From Marsupella aquatica (taxonomy: Eukaryota > Plantae > Marchantiophyta), in contig OZ316891.1 of assembly GCA_973895155.1 (NCBI GenBank), positions 5,551,708 to 5,615,707 on the forward strand: 64,000 nt of DNA. The letters are read 5' to 3'. Positions 1 through 11,814 of the stretch are shown here, piece by piece. Every line of letters starts with the position of its first letter. Position 1 is the stretch's first letter. Below the pieces are notes generated by a model that saw only the letters and a program-made list of their open reading frames with translations, was not told the DNA's origin and did no database searches. Made by a program: the position numbers and the translations under genes.

Positions 1-747
1 GAATGAATGATTTCATCGTTTTCTCCATCTCTGACGATCTCTTTGATGATGAATATGCGGTCCTCGATCTCATTCCTCCTGTTTGGTCTCGTCGTTTGCC
101 TTCACTGAGGACTGTGATACCGCATTTTCTCCTCCGTCGATCCAATTCGAGGACCTTATTAAATTTCCAGTCGGTTGGGGACGACACGCTATTCAATTGC
201 GGCTCTGAACCTTTCGTTAAATTACTAACTCTTGGTGCGCTGGAATTGTTTTGTCTAGCCGTCAATGTCCCAATTGTCGTTATTCAGAGTCGTCTAAATG
301 TCGGCACAACTGTCTTGCTTTCTTTCCCATTTCACCCGATTTGGGCCACGGGTATTATTAACCTTGACGCAAAGGCCACAATACTTGAAACTAAGAAACC
401 GTGCGAAATAGCTTCCTCTCTGCCCGAAGGAATTTAGCCCTTAGATCCGACTAACATGAGAATTGTGTGCTATGCATTCAATTGTTGTTCCCCCACGCAA
501 TTAGCAATTTATATGATTTTTCTGGGGACTTGAGTTTCCTGAAGGAGAGTTTGGGCTGCACATGACTGGGGTCTCAATGGATGACGCTACCATGGTTACT
601 GGATGCAAAGGGTTTCTGCGGAAGCTTAACAAAGGGCATTTATAATAGAAGTTTCAGGAGAGCTATAACATAGGCACAATGTAGGATTGTGCTACAAGGA
701 TGCATGGGATTGACGTAAAGACTAATATTTTGTTCGTACTGTGATAG

Positions 748-3083
748 AGCATAAAATTCTCCAATCACCTGAGGTGATAGCAGCCATGTCCAAGATTGAC
801 CGAGCACACTATGTGCCTGATGGGGCTGCTCCATATGACGATGCTCCCCAGAGTATAGGTATGTATTTCATCTACAGGTTGTTAACCTAAGAGGGAACAG
901 GGTATCTTAATGTTTTGAAAGTAACGTGAGAGGCCCTGCAGCAAGCCCTATCCAGGTTATTCTTGCGTTGGGCGATTTTGTTGGGCAATTGTATTACTCT
1001 CTAAGAGTACGCTGCATCCAGGCTGAAATTTCTTACTTTGGATTCCCACCCTAAGTCCACTGGTCGCGGCCTTCAATGTTACGTTATTGATGATCAATGT
1101 CCGACGTCTTGCAGGATATGGAGCAACCATCTCAGCACCTCACATGGTACGTTACTAACAATGAGCGTCTTTGCTACGTACTTTTGCGAGCCACATTCCT
1201 ATTATAGTAATCTATATTGACAATCTGAACTGAGCAAAGATTTGTTTTAGGATGTGATAGTTCCAAGATGTAATGTCTGTACAGAGAAGATCTGCATTCT
1301 CGTTCATTCTGACCAGAAAAGCACTTATATGCCCACTAAGGTGCCAGCCATCCTGGGCTCTACATTTTAAGCCTGCAACTTCCCTTCCCGTCACGTTGAC
1401 GATCATTAACTCAACTCGAGCACTCATTAAGATCTGGTTCATTTTAATGGGTTGGGTGACAGCATGGTTACTGCCTCTCCTTACTTGCGGATAACCTGAA
1501 GCCAGGAATGCATGTGCTTGACGTTGGTTCTGGATCCGGCTACTTGACTGCCGTTTTCGCACTTATGGTATGAATTCTACCCTGTAATTCCATGCACTTG
1601 AACTTTGGATCGTGCCTTTCCGAGGACAAGAGCATGAAGTTTCCTTTGACTAAAAAGAGAGGAAAGTTCTTGCAATGCTGCGCTTGTGGTAGCCAGATGG
1701 CCACGGATACAAGGAAGAGGGAAAGACAGGGAAAAATTTATGATGTCATTTTCATGTCAAGTTATTCGCAAAATTTCCTTAAAATGTCTTAACCCGAAGA
1801 AGTTGTTTAAGATTTACGAGTACATCCGGGATACAATTTTTTTATGAAAGGGTTTTAAATCCTTGCTCTATTCTTGGAAGGGTGTGCTTCAATCTTGTCA
1901 TGTTCTTTTTCATTCTTCTATTTACAAAGATCAGTGACAATATGGTGCAGCTATGGATGTTACTTGTGTCTTCAGCATGAGAAATTGTGTTAATAAGTTC
2001 CTCTTCGATGCCGGTTGAATGTACTGAATGTCTTAAACAAGGTGGGAGATTCTGGGAGAACAGTCGGTGTCGAGCACATTCCAGAGCTTGTTGATAGGTC
2101 AATTGATGCCATTAAGCGAGGCCCCGCTGGACATCTGTTAGATAACGGGCAAGTTGAGATTCATGGTAAGCTGACTCCTCGCAGTTTGGTTCGTGAACAC
2201 TTGAGGATATAACGTGTAACCAAGGTTTTAAGGGCTGCTAATTAAATTTGAAGATCCTTTAGATGTTCTTTACATGATTTTGGACTTACTTTCGATGGTT
2301 TTGGAATTGGCAGTGGCAGATGGCAAAAAGGGATGGCCAGACACAGCACCTTACCATGCCATTCACGTGGGAGCTGCAGCAGCAGGTCCTTATTCTCAAC
2401 CACGGTTCCCTCCGTTGATTAGATTTACATACGGCTGAATTGGGGTCATACCACGAGGTCTTAGGCGTATTTCTGAATAAGGAGATTGTTATCTAAATTT
2501 ATTTGTCCTGTTTTTACCTTCTGCCGCCTGTCTCACATGATCCCACATAAATCTGTGGTATGTCGTGTAGGTCACTGTGTCGGTCATTTGGACAAAATGA
2601 GAGCATAGGACAAAATCGAGTGCATAAGTTGCGTTATCCTGTATCATTGTCTCAGACTTGGATGTCAGCTAGAAACGTTCTGATGCTGGGATCTATGGAC
2701 ATTCAGAACTACCAGAAGCCCTCGTGGATCAACTTGCCCCTGGTGGGAGGATGGTCATTCCTGTTGGCAAAACGTTGCAGGTAAGCTATCAGTTTTTAGG
2801 TCTGGGAATGTCCGTGATGCTTAAGTACTGACCTTTGGTCACCTGCCAAGGGGATATAGAAAACGGGATGATATGCCTCGTACCCTCACCGAAAATTAAA
2901 ATCGCTTTGCATCGGGAGAAAATGTTTTCCAGTGAGTTTGCCCATGCGCAACCCACGTGGACTGATTATGTCCGTTGTTTACCCTGGTATTGAGCACAGG
3001 ATCTGGTAATCATTGACAAGCTGCCGGACGGTTCCATTCTAAAGAAGTCCGAGATGGGGGTGCGCTATGTCCCCTTGGTGTAA
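748..3083 (+). CDS. PIMT: Protein-L-isoaspartate O-methyltransferase, multi-exon, first coding exon not located (probably upstream of window). Exons 748-858, 1115-1146, 1463-1567, 2042-2165, 2314-2385, 2707-2780, 3000-3083
   Basis: GT-AG exons splice in frame to ...[40 protein letters not shown]...[13 protein letters not shown]...VGVEHIPEL...[12 protein letters not shown]...[16 protein letters not shown]...VRYVPLV*. These are the diagnostic PIMT motifs ([26 protein letters not shown]-like, [12 protein letters not shown], YVPL). Confidence 0.95.
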
Positions 3084-3284
3084 ATAGTTCAAAGACATTG
3101 TTATTGTCATACCTATGGGTATAGTTTGGTGGAACTTGTAATTAATTTTTCGGACATGTTTGTGAGATACCATCGCCAGATAAGCCTCGTGGAAACTGTA
3201 ATTCTCAACAGGCATTGGTGATTTGTTTGATTGGCCAGCTCTGATATGCTTTCACACGTTAGTTTTATGAGTGCAAGAATTTTT

Positions 3285-3570
3285 ATGCACAATGGAGTCA
3301 ATGAATATTCCGCCCTTAAAGATTCTGATGACCGAAGACTGCAGCTGTGGTCATGAAGGCCAGTTTCGGGAGGACACTGCTTTAGAAATTTTTGTTTACT
3401 AATGCACAGTATTCGCTACAGACCACCATGCACAATGGAGTCAATGAATATTCCGCCCTTAAAGATTCTGATGACCGAAGACTGCAGCTGTGGTCATGAA
3501 GGCCAGTTTCGGGAGGACACTGCTTTAGAAATTTTTGTTTACTAATGCACAGTATTCGCTACAGACCACC
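3285..3570. repeat. Perfect 143-bp tandem duplication between the convergent 3' ends of PIMT and the zinc-finger gene
   Basis: 3285-3427 is repeated at 3428-3570 (atgcacaatggagtc...gctacagaccacc). Confidence 0.95.
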
Positions 3571-4778
3571 AAGATATTGTTATCTAGCCTGTTCCTTTTG
3601 GAGCCAGTCACGTTCGTCATTCAATCCACCCGTCCGTGTTTCAAGCTTCATTGCAGCCCACAAAGCAGAGAATCTGGTTGTGGTCTGACCGCGCCAAAGC
3701 ATTGATCGAATAAGCCATATCCAAAACGAGAACAATGCTTTCAATTCAAAGTCCCCCTAAGCCCCACATAGCTTGCACTAATGGACAACTTTCCAGACTC
3801 ATCGACGGTGGAAGTTGCCACAGGGAGCAAAGCATAGCTAGGTGATGGTGGCGCCAGTAAACAATCATTTGAAGAAAATAGTCGCAGCAGTATAGAATAG
3901 CAGAAAACGAATAACAATTTATGCAGAAATTCCAACAAAGGAGGATTTTGAGAACAATCCTGGGAAGCTGCTTAACAATGCCTTGCACCCTGAACGAGAC
4001 TCTGTGAAGAGGAAGGAGACTTGTGAAAGGCAGTTGCAGCCAGAGTCCCAAGGTCAACGGTTGAGTTAAAGTACGACGCTGTTGTAAGCCACTGAACAGG
4101 GATTTCTCAAGATACCAATGTCGATAATCACACAAACTAGATCAATATGACGTGAATAGCTCTCATGAAAAGCACGTACTGAGATGGCCGGATAAAGATG
4201 TCATTGGTCTGTCAGCTTCTACAGACCAACAGTACTTGTATTTCGAATGAATTTACAATGCAAGTTATGACAAGTCACCCGTAAAATCATCGGAGATCCC
4301 ACAGGGTTGAATTGCGAATAACATCGTGACATTATGGATACACGAAATAGAGTGTAGCCCCAAACTAGGCACACTAGAACAGACACCACTACAAGAATCA
4401 ATGTAATGAGGATATAAAATACATGATGATTTGTCCCCCTGAAGTGAAAAATAACTATCCTGTACTACTAATCTTAATAATACACGATGGGCGGGGGCGC
4501 AAGGGCATCTGACCAGCTCTTATCAGTGACCCTCAGGGATGGCCGCCATCTATGAACTTGTATCCCACTTCTTCCCCACCTAATACGAATATACATAACA
4601 TAGCCAATTTTTACTTACATAAGGCAATGCAGTGTTGCTGGGTTTCATTCTTGAACCCGAAGTCGTCGATAATATTGTCCTGCCGAGCTGGATGGAGGTA
4701 GAAGCCCTTCCTTTGATTTCCGTTGGTTTCCAGCGTCACAGCAGAATACATTGTAGAAATACGGTGCTTCAACTGAAA

Positions 4779-7604
4779 TCAACTCCGAGCAGCAAGAAAC
4801 TGCCCAACATCATCTGTACCAAAGGCCCCCAACTGTTTTTGTTTCTGCAAACCTTCCTCCATAAGATTAATAGGCACAGGTGCATTTGCAACTTCAGAAG
4901 CATTTGACCACCTCATATCCATAGATTGAGATGATGTAGCAATTCCAAGAGAAATAGGGTCCGGGCCTCCCACATCACTTACTTCCCTAGAGAGCATAGC
5001 CATGAGTCCACCTCCGTGAACTCTGCCCTCAGAATGAACAGCACCCCCGTGGGCAGAAGACCTAACTCCCATGCTAAGTCCTTCAGCAATAGTCGGAGGC
5101 CTAGGTGGCCTCCCATGGTTAAGCCTACTGCCACCTGTGTCTTTATTCTGCATGGACAGAGGAACTAGAACTTGTGGTGGTATCAGCGGCTGACCAATAG
5201 AGAAACCTGCTGGGAACGATGGAGATATAGAACTCTGTGAATTGCTCCTCTGCAACTCAGAGCCAGCAGATTTCGAAGAGCCCAAGCCAGATGTATTCCC
5301 AGTTTTGCCAGTTAAAACTGTCGAGAAAAATTGTCCAGTGAGTCCAGTGGACGTGTTGCTATCATCCTTACCGCTGTAAGCACTAGAAGATCCAGAACTC
5401 ACATAAGTACTGCTGCCGAACATTCCCTGAGAGCAAGAGGAGGACGTTCCCATTCCAAGCCTGCTCTGTCCAACGCCAGCGACTAACCCCCGAAACAGTC
5501 CAGGAGTAATTCCAGGACCCAATCCTGTGCCTCCATGCACCCTCCGATCCTGTACTTGAGCACTGTGAGCTGCACACAGACCTGTTTTCCCTCGAGCAAA
5601 TTTGTCGCAAACCTCTCCTTTACCAGGCTCCCCGAATCCAGAGCCTTCCACTCCCCACTGGCATCGTTTCCCTCCACCGTGGGCTTTGCAGAAATCTGTA
5701 CTCCCCTGCGCACTTTTCCCACAATCTACCACTTTACATCTCTTCCCTCCGCCATGGCGAACACAGAAATCAGTCCTCCCACGTGCACTCTTCGTGCACC
5801 CTTGCACCTGACAACGTTTCCCACCTCCATGAGCTACGCAATAGAGAGTTCCGCCGTGAACAGACTTTGTGCAAATGCCCCCTCCATCGAACATGCATCT
5901 CTTTCCACCGCCGTGTCCCTTGCACAGAGGAGTGCTCCCTTCCGCACCTTTACTACATCCCTGGATCATGCACCGTTTGCCTCCTCCGTGAGCCTTGCAG
6001 AACATCGTGGATCCTTGAGCTCCTTTGGTACACCCGACAAAATGGCATCGCCGTCCTCCTCCATGCGAAATGCAGAGACCTGAGTAACCTTCTGCGCTTT
6101 TGGTGCATCCCTCTGTCAGGCATCGCTTCCCTCCACCATGGCGAATGCAGAGACCCGAGCGCCCACGTGCAGCCTTGTCACAACCCTCATGGGAACACCT
6201 CCGTCCTCCCCCATGACCAATGCAGTAATCAGTTTTCCCCTCCGCACTCTTCGTGCATCCCAGATTTTGGCAACGACGTCCACCACCGTGAGCTTTACAG
6301 TACACAGTCCGTCCTTCAGCGCCTTTGTTGCATCCATTTTTCTCACAGCGCTGTCCACCTCCATGCGCAATACACAACCCAGATGCTCCCCGAGCTCCTT
6401 TGCTGCAACCACGAAATTTGCAGACCTTACTGGCACGGTCAGAGAGGCCTGAAGCACCGCTTGTGGAGGTCGTACCGCCGCTTGTAGAAGCGCGAATGCT
6501 CATCGACAGGTCCTGCTCTGCACAAGGCTGCTGCTCTTCAGGCACACGCATTGTCATTAACTCAGGGAAGGAGATAAGAGGAGCGGGACGTTGCTGCTGT
6601 ATTGCTGTGGGTTGGGGAATTGGGCTGCCGCTACTGATGTTAAGCGTGCTTCCCATCAACAAAGCTGGCATGAATCCACCGCCAGTTTTCGACATTCGGG
6701 CGGACGATGAGCCCTCATCCACAACGGGTACGCCATCCAGGGTGGTCGCATACTTCGGCATTTCACTGGAATTTCCTCCAGCCGGTGCAAGCCCCAAGTG
6801 CATGCCTTCCCCTACCACACTGCTCATGTTCGGTGAGCGGCCTCCTCTCACCCTACCCTCTAGTGAAGGATTCGCCCCCAGTGTCTGCCCCAACTGCAGT
6901 AGCGTTCCCTGATCCTCACTTGGGACTACCTTAGACACTCTGCGACCACCACCATAATCGACCGCAATGTCATCGGAACTGGCAGAGACGTGGTCGAGGC
7001 CTCGGCTCAATCCCAGATTCATGGTCGAATCGCTCTGCGCATCTCGTGCCCTGTCAAATCGTCCTCCGCCTGCATTCGAGCCCAGATCTTCCATACTACT
7101 TCCCCCCTTGGCTGAACCCCAAAACAACACAATGCCCTCCGAGTCTTCTTCATTGTCGCCATCGTCATCCCCATCTGAGTCGCCTCGTGTACCAACTTCT
7201 CGTCGTTCCTTGCTAGCTTTCCTTTTCCGTTTCGTTCCCTTGGAGTTTTGACTCAGAGGTGCATCCATTGACTCCATTCCAATGTCCCGCGTCTGCCCCA
7301 TGGCTGAATCCTGCTGTCCTGTGTCGGGGGCCGTGGACCATGTTTTCAATCTAAGAATAGTCTCGTGCATATCGTCATCCTGTTCTCTGCCCAAGCCGGA
7401 AAGGTCGCCACCAATGGACAGCGTTGTGGTTGGAGAGCCACCCGAAAACCAACCATAGTTGGTGTCCATGCTCTTAAACTTGTGAAGAGAGTCCTGGGAG
7501 GAGTTGGAGATGGTCGAACCATGTTTGCTAATGTAGAATCCAGTCCGGACGTCCCCATACGTCTCCCTGTGCACGGGGAAGAGCTCTCGCGATGAAGCAT
7601 CCAT
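4779..7604 (-). CDS. WRKY19-like zinc-finger repeat protein (loricrin-related family, At1g64140/At5g64550-like), 941 aa, single coding exon
   Basis: About 11 tandem C-x4-C-x-K-x-A-x-G-x4-C-x2-HGGG repeats, plus the family motifs VDEGSSSAR, PLIPPQVLVPLSM and EGRVHGGGLM. Confidence 0.92.
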   Translation of the reverse strand: MDASSRELFPVHRETYGDVRTGFYISKHGSTISNSSQDSLHKFKSMDTNYGWFSGGSPTTTLSIGGDLSGLGREQDDDMHETILRLKTWSTAPDTGQQDSAMGQTRDIGMESMDAPLSQNSKGTKRKRKASKERREVGTRGDSDGDDDGDNEEDSEGIVLFWGSAKGGSSMEDLGSNAGGGRFDRARDAQSDSTMNLGLSRGLDHVSASSDDIAVDYGGGRRVSKVVPSEDQGTLLQLGQTLGANPSLEGRVRGGRSPNMSSVVGEGMHLGLAPAGGNSSEMPKYATTLDGVPVVDEGSSSARMSKTGGGFMPALLMGSTLNISSGSPIPQPTAIQQQRPAPLISFPELMTMRVPEEQQPCAEQDLSMSIRASTSGGTTSTSGASGLSDRASKVCKFRGCSKGARGASGLCIAHGGGQRCEKNGCNKGAEGRTVYCKAHGGGRRCQNLGCTKSAEGKTDYCIGHGGGRRCSHEGCDKAARGRSGLCIRHGGGKRCLTEGCTKSAEGYSGLCISHGGGRRCHFVGCTKGAQGSTMFCKAHGGGKRCMIQGCSKGAEGSTPLCKGHGGGKRCMFDGGGICTKSVHGGTLYCVAHGGGKRCQVQGCTKSARGRTDFCVRHGGGKRCKVVDCGKSAQGSTDFCKAHGGGKRCQWGVEGSGFGEPGKGEVCDKFARGKTGLCAAHSAQVQDRRVHGGTGLGPGITPGLFRGLVAGVGQSRLGMGTSSSCSQGMFGSSTYVSSGSSSAYSGKDDSNTSTGLTGQFFSTVLTGKTGNTSGLGSSKSAGSELQRSNSQSSISPSFPAGFSIGQPLIPPQVLVPLSMQNKDTGGSRLNHGRPPRPPTIAEGLSMGVRSSAHGGAVHSEGRVHGGGLMAMLSREVSDVGGPDPISLGIATSSQSMDMRWSNASEVANAPVPINLMEEGLQKQKQLGAFGTDDVGQFLAARS

Positions 7605-7613
7605 ATTCTCATC

Positions 7614-7725
7614 TCATACTGCTGCAGATTCCGGCAAACTCATGGTCACCAACCGATCGAGCATTCGAACACCACTAGACTGTAGAAATGACAAACAACC
7701 AACAAGCCATTCACTCTTCACTCAT
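7614..7725 (-). promoter_or_regulatory. Stacked upstream ORFs in the leader of the zinc-finger gene
   Basis: Minus strand: MSEE* (7725-7711), MACWLFVISTV* (7710-7675), MLDRLVTMSLPESAAV* (7664-7614), all within about 120 nt of the main ATG at 7604. Confidence 0.55.
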
Positions 7726-10340
7726 CTGCTGCTCTGTACCAAGCCCTCCCCTCTAAAGAGCGGAGGAGAGGAACCCCCGTCTGCTTTCAACAAAAAACGC
7801 ACTAATTACTCATAGAAATTCTGACCATCGTATTCAGGTCAACAGTACGGAATCCTGTGAACCATCTGATCCTACCACAGCCAGAAGGACTCCAGTATCA
7901 TGATTGCATATTGTAGTACTTGTAAACAACGAAAGCGGAGGGGAGTAAGGCTTGTGATAAAATCCTAGGTCGGGCGTCAGACCCTATCGTAGATGTTCTA
8001 CGACTTCCAAGTGAGGAGGATTCGGAGAGAACAGGAAGAACAAACTAACGTGGACAGCAAGACAAGCATACAGCAAAGGCGTCAAAACGTTGTAAAGACT
8101 TCTCCATGGCGTTGAAAGGACACGACGAACCATACTCATGGCCAATGAGCTAACCGCAATTCTCATGGGCATCAGCCAAACAAGTTGAAAATCTCACTCC
8201 AGCTGATCATTCCTTCCGCAACCTACCACCACCATCTATCATAGGCCGGTGGGGACAGTCAACCTCCACCGGAACTAACCTAAGTTTGACCACGGACGTT
8301 CACGAGTAAAGAACAGTGGCAATTTGCTGAGGAAACAGAGCAAGCAGAAAATTATGCTAGGGAAGCAAGACAGCCGGCAAACCCGAATCCACGAAAGACG
8401 ATGACCTACAGATTCCAGTTGGTCAATTGGTGTTACAGATTGATGAGATGAACCTTCTGTAAACAACGGTGATAGTACACAAATCTGACTCCTTGGCGTT
8501 CTTGAGTAAAAATTGCCGTCAGCCATCAATCGGATTTCAAGTTCAAACCCAATAACTTGATCTGGAAATGTCAAGATAACCAAAGCGTGTAGCCCCACCG
8601 GCAGTCCGATGTGTGAGGCGAATCCTCATACGCCGTTTCAGAACATCGTATTTGGCAAAAGCCACCGAGCCAGGAGTAGGGTCTCAAATCCCGGTACTCA
8701 TGTGAGGGATACGCTAGATGTCCACTTCCACAGAGAGTGAGCCATTCCAAGGGACTTCTAATTTGTCCCATGGTAGACAACCTAAGAACTGAAGACGTTG
8801 AAAGAGATAATAACGGAAGATTTCAAACGGAAGGACAATTTGCAGCTTGGTTGCACCCGTCGGCTGGGGAAATGATTGTACGACTGACCCTTATTTCTCT
8901 GAGGCACCTTACATAGCCACAACCCTTTACGCGGCCTAAGTGATAGTTACTCCACAATATCTTAAGCAGGTTCAGTCCACCATCACCGGTAGAGGAGGGT
9001 TGCAGCGTCAATATGAAGAGGAAATTTCCACAAGCCCCTGTAAGCTCCGATTCCGTTGGAGAAACAATCCACGAGTACCCGCGGTTGATCACTGTCCTAC
9101 CAGACACAACGACAGACAGACTGACGCCAGACGAATCCCTACAAGGCAGATCACAAATTGTGACACAGGTGTTGAACGAAAGAACACATAGGTCATCATC
9201 AGCTTCCAAGACTCCAACACTCTCAAATCGAGAACCTCTCGCTCGCTTGGGCATCCCTTCCCATGATTAAATCGACCACAAGGATACTCGAGAAACGTAC
9301 AGCATCCTGACGATCCTGGGATGCATCCCTCCCTCCCTCCCTCCCAGCTCCCTGCCTGCCTGGCTCCACACGCCCGCGACGCACAGTTGAGACAGACACT
9401 AGAAAGCACCCCTTCAATCAACGCCCGCTGCCTTGACAATTGCAGACACACACCGACAGAGTATGCGACGCAAGGATTAACCGGTCCCCTCCAATCCAAT
9501 CCAATCCGCCTAGAAATTAAACACATCAACAAACACCCCTCGCCCCCTTTCATTCGCCGGGAATCATCGGCCGCAGCAGCTGGAGCAGCAATACTGGCAA
9601 GAAGGGACCCTATCGCTTACGCAACCTTCCCACAAGAGAATTAAAAAAAGCAAATTAGCCGACCATTCAGACTCGAGGGAGGCACAACGACACGAGAAGC
9701 CCGTCATCTCAGTCAGACAAGTCAAGCGAAGAAGAACCTCATCGGCCGGGACGTACCTCACAAACCAAAAAATTACAGGACCCGTGACTCCGCGAGGCCG
9801 TCCCCACGCACCCGCCCGCCCATTTCTCCCTGCCGTATAATTATACGATTATATCCTCCCTCCAGTCCTCCGTCCTCGAAATTCAACCCCGCAAGCAGCC
9901 TACAGCAGCATCCTCGAGCTCGCCGGACCAGAAGCAGAAGCAGAGCAGCAGCAGAATCGATCATCGAGCACTCGCGCTCATCATGATTCCCACCCATCAG
10001 CAAAAACATCATCCTCCCCGTGCAGAGGGGCCGAATGGGCGACGCGGGAGGCAGGGGAGGGAGGGGGAATGGAATTTAGGGCAAGCGAAGAAGGTTGTCG
10101 CTTCTGTCGCTTCTTTTGTTTCCTCCTCTCCCTCGAAAAAGATTTTTTATCGGCCACAGTTTGTCGCTTCTCTCTGCGCGATGTGAGGCTCACACGGCAT
10201 GTCCCGGTTGGTGCTGGCTTCCCTAGATCCCTCGATCGCGTCAATCCATCCGTCCGTCCGTCCCTCCGTGGCACGCGAGGCGCCGCAGATCCCTCGATCG
10301 CGTCAATCGATCCGTCCGCCTCCCTCCGTCGCACGCGGTG

Positions 10341-10385
10341 CACCGCACCGCACCGCACCGCACCCCACCCCACCCCACCCCACCG
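10341..10385. repeat. (CACCG/CACCC)n pentamer microsatellite near the presumed TSS of the zinc-finger gene
   Basis: caccgcaccgcaccgcaccgcaccccaccccaccccaccccaccg. Confidence 0.9.
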
Positions 10386-11814
10386 GTTCCCTTTTCCCGA
10401 CCATTTTTGTAAAGGATAATGGTGGTCTGGTCAGTAACCCCTCTACCAGAAAATGACCGTGACAGGTGTTAGTTGGAAAGCTTTTGTGAGTTTTCTTGGA
10501 GCAGGGTTAAGGTCTAGTGTAGGACCCTGCCCAGATCCACACTGTAATATTCATTATTTCAAAGCTGGTTACACAGCCATAACATGCGTTCTATTCAAAA
10601 ATTAGACTTTCGTCTGATATGTGCAAAGAGGGCTCCAGTACACGAAACATGTGGGTGCAAAATTCTCTGGAAAGATATATGTACAATTACGGGTAAGACC
10701 ACAAAACCCTATGTGGAACCCTTATGGATAAGTGCATAATATTTCTATGTAGAGTTGGGGTTTCAGTTATGAGATCATTGACATGGGTAACTGATAAGGA
10801 TGTAAGAGCAGCCAAAAGAACCATTGTCTTACTTATCTATAAGTGCAAAGTCGGACGATAAGCACTTATCACATAGTGCAAACCACATTTAACTGGTTCA
10901 GAAGAGTTGACTATACAGTAGGTTGTGGTTGCTGTTTGATGCACTTTAAGGTCAAGGTTTGACTCTGGTTACCCTAACTCAGACTCTCCCAACAGTAAGA
11001 GCTCTACTTCAATGGCAATTAAATCTGCTCACATTGTCGAGATTTGTAGGCTATTTGAAGGAGAGTGAATGGCCCTATTCCATCAGCAATCAAATGTGCC
11101 CTGAGAGAGTGATTGAGGGTGATTGGCTAGAACCTCTGATATTTGAAGGTTTGAGGGCAAAGTCCACGGATCCACTTTGATAGCTGAAGGAATAGTGATC
11201 TCGCTTTGGAAATTGAGGGAAAATTAGTATTTATTCGTTTATTTGCGCATAAGTTGGGCCATACTTAGTGTTGAATATAGCTTTTATTATATATAAGCCC
11301 GTATGCTTTACACCTATTTTATGTAGGTTCCATGACTTTGCTAACTCTGATCTAACTTGACGTGATAGTTTCTTTTGGATAGCGAATGTAGGCAATCACC
11401 TACTCTGTTGTAATTCATTACAACTGTAATCACCCAGGGTTGGTAAGAAAATGTGTATCAAAATTTAAATAGGGTCTGACGTCCATTGCTAGATTGTAAC
11501 AGGTGACCCTAGGTTCATGAGTGTAAATATGGGAAACTTCTCCTGGGGAAAAATTGGGGAACCTCAGTAAACTCCCATCCACATATTCCACAAGTATATT
11601 TTGGTTCCATTGCCAGAATGCACCCACACCAGTTGAGGTAAGTTTGGATTACACTAGTAGGCAGAGAGGAGAAGCCAGCATGGATTGTCTCAGCCCTGAT
11701 AGACTCTCGTGGCATTGCAATTCAGCTCCTTTAATTAGCAAAGGTATGCACGTTGTCTACATCATGTCTTTGCTCCAGAGAAGCAAATTTTTGGACGTGA
11801 ACGAGGCCAGGTAT

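Noticed and set aside
3-437. 144-aa ORF at window start
   Set aside because: No recognisable motifs and T-rich. Most likely intron/leader of PIMT.
5383-7595. Many long antisense and alternate-frame ORFs over the zinc-finger gene
   Set aside because: Shadows of a GC-rich, repetitive coding sequence.
10467-11432. Possible solo LTR (TGTTAG...ATCA with TATA-like motif)
   Set aside because: No matching TSD or second copy found.
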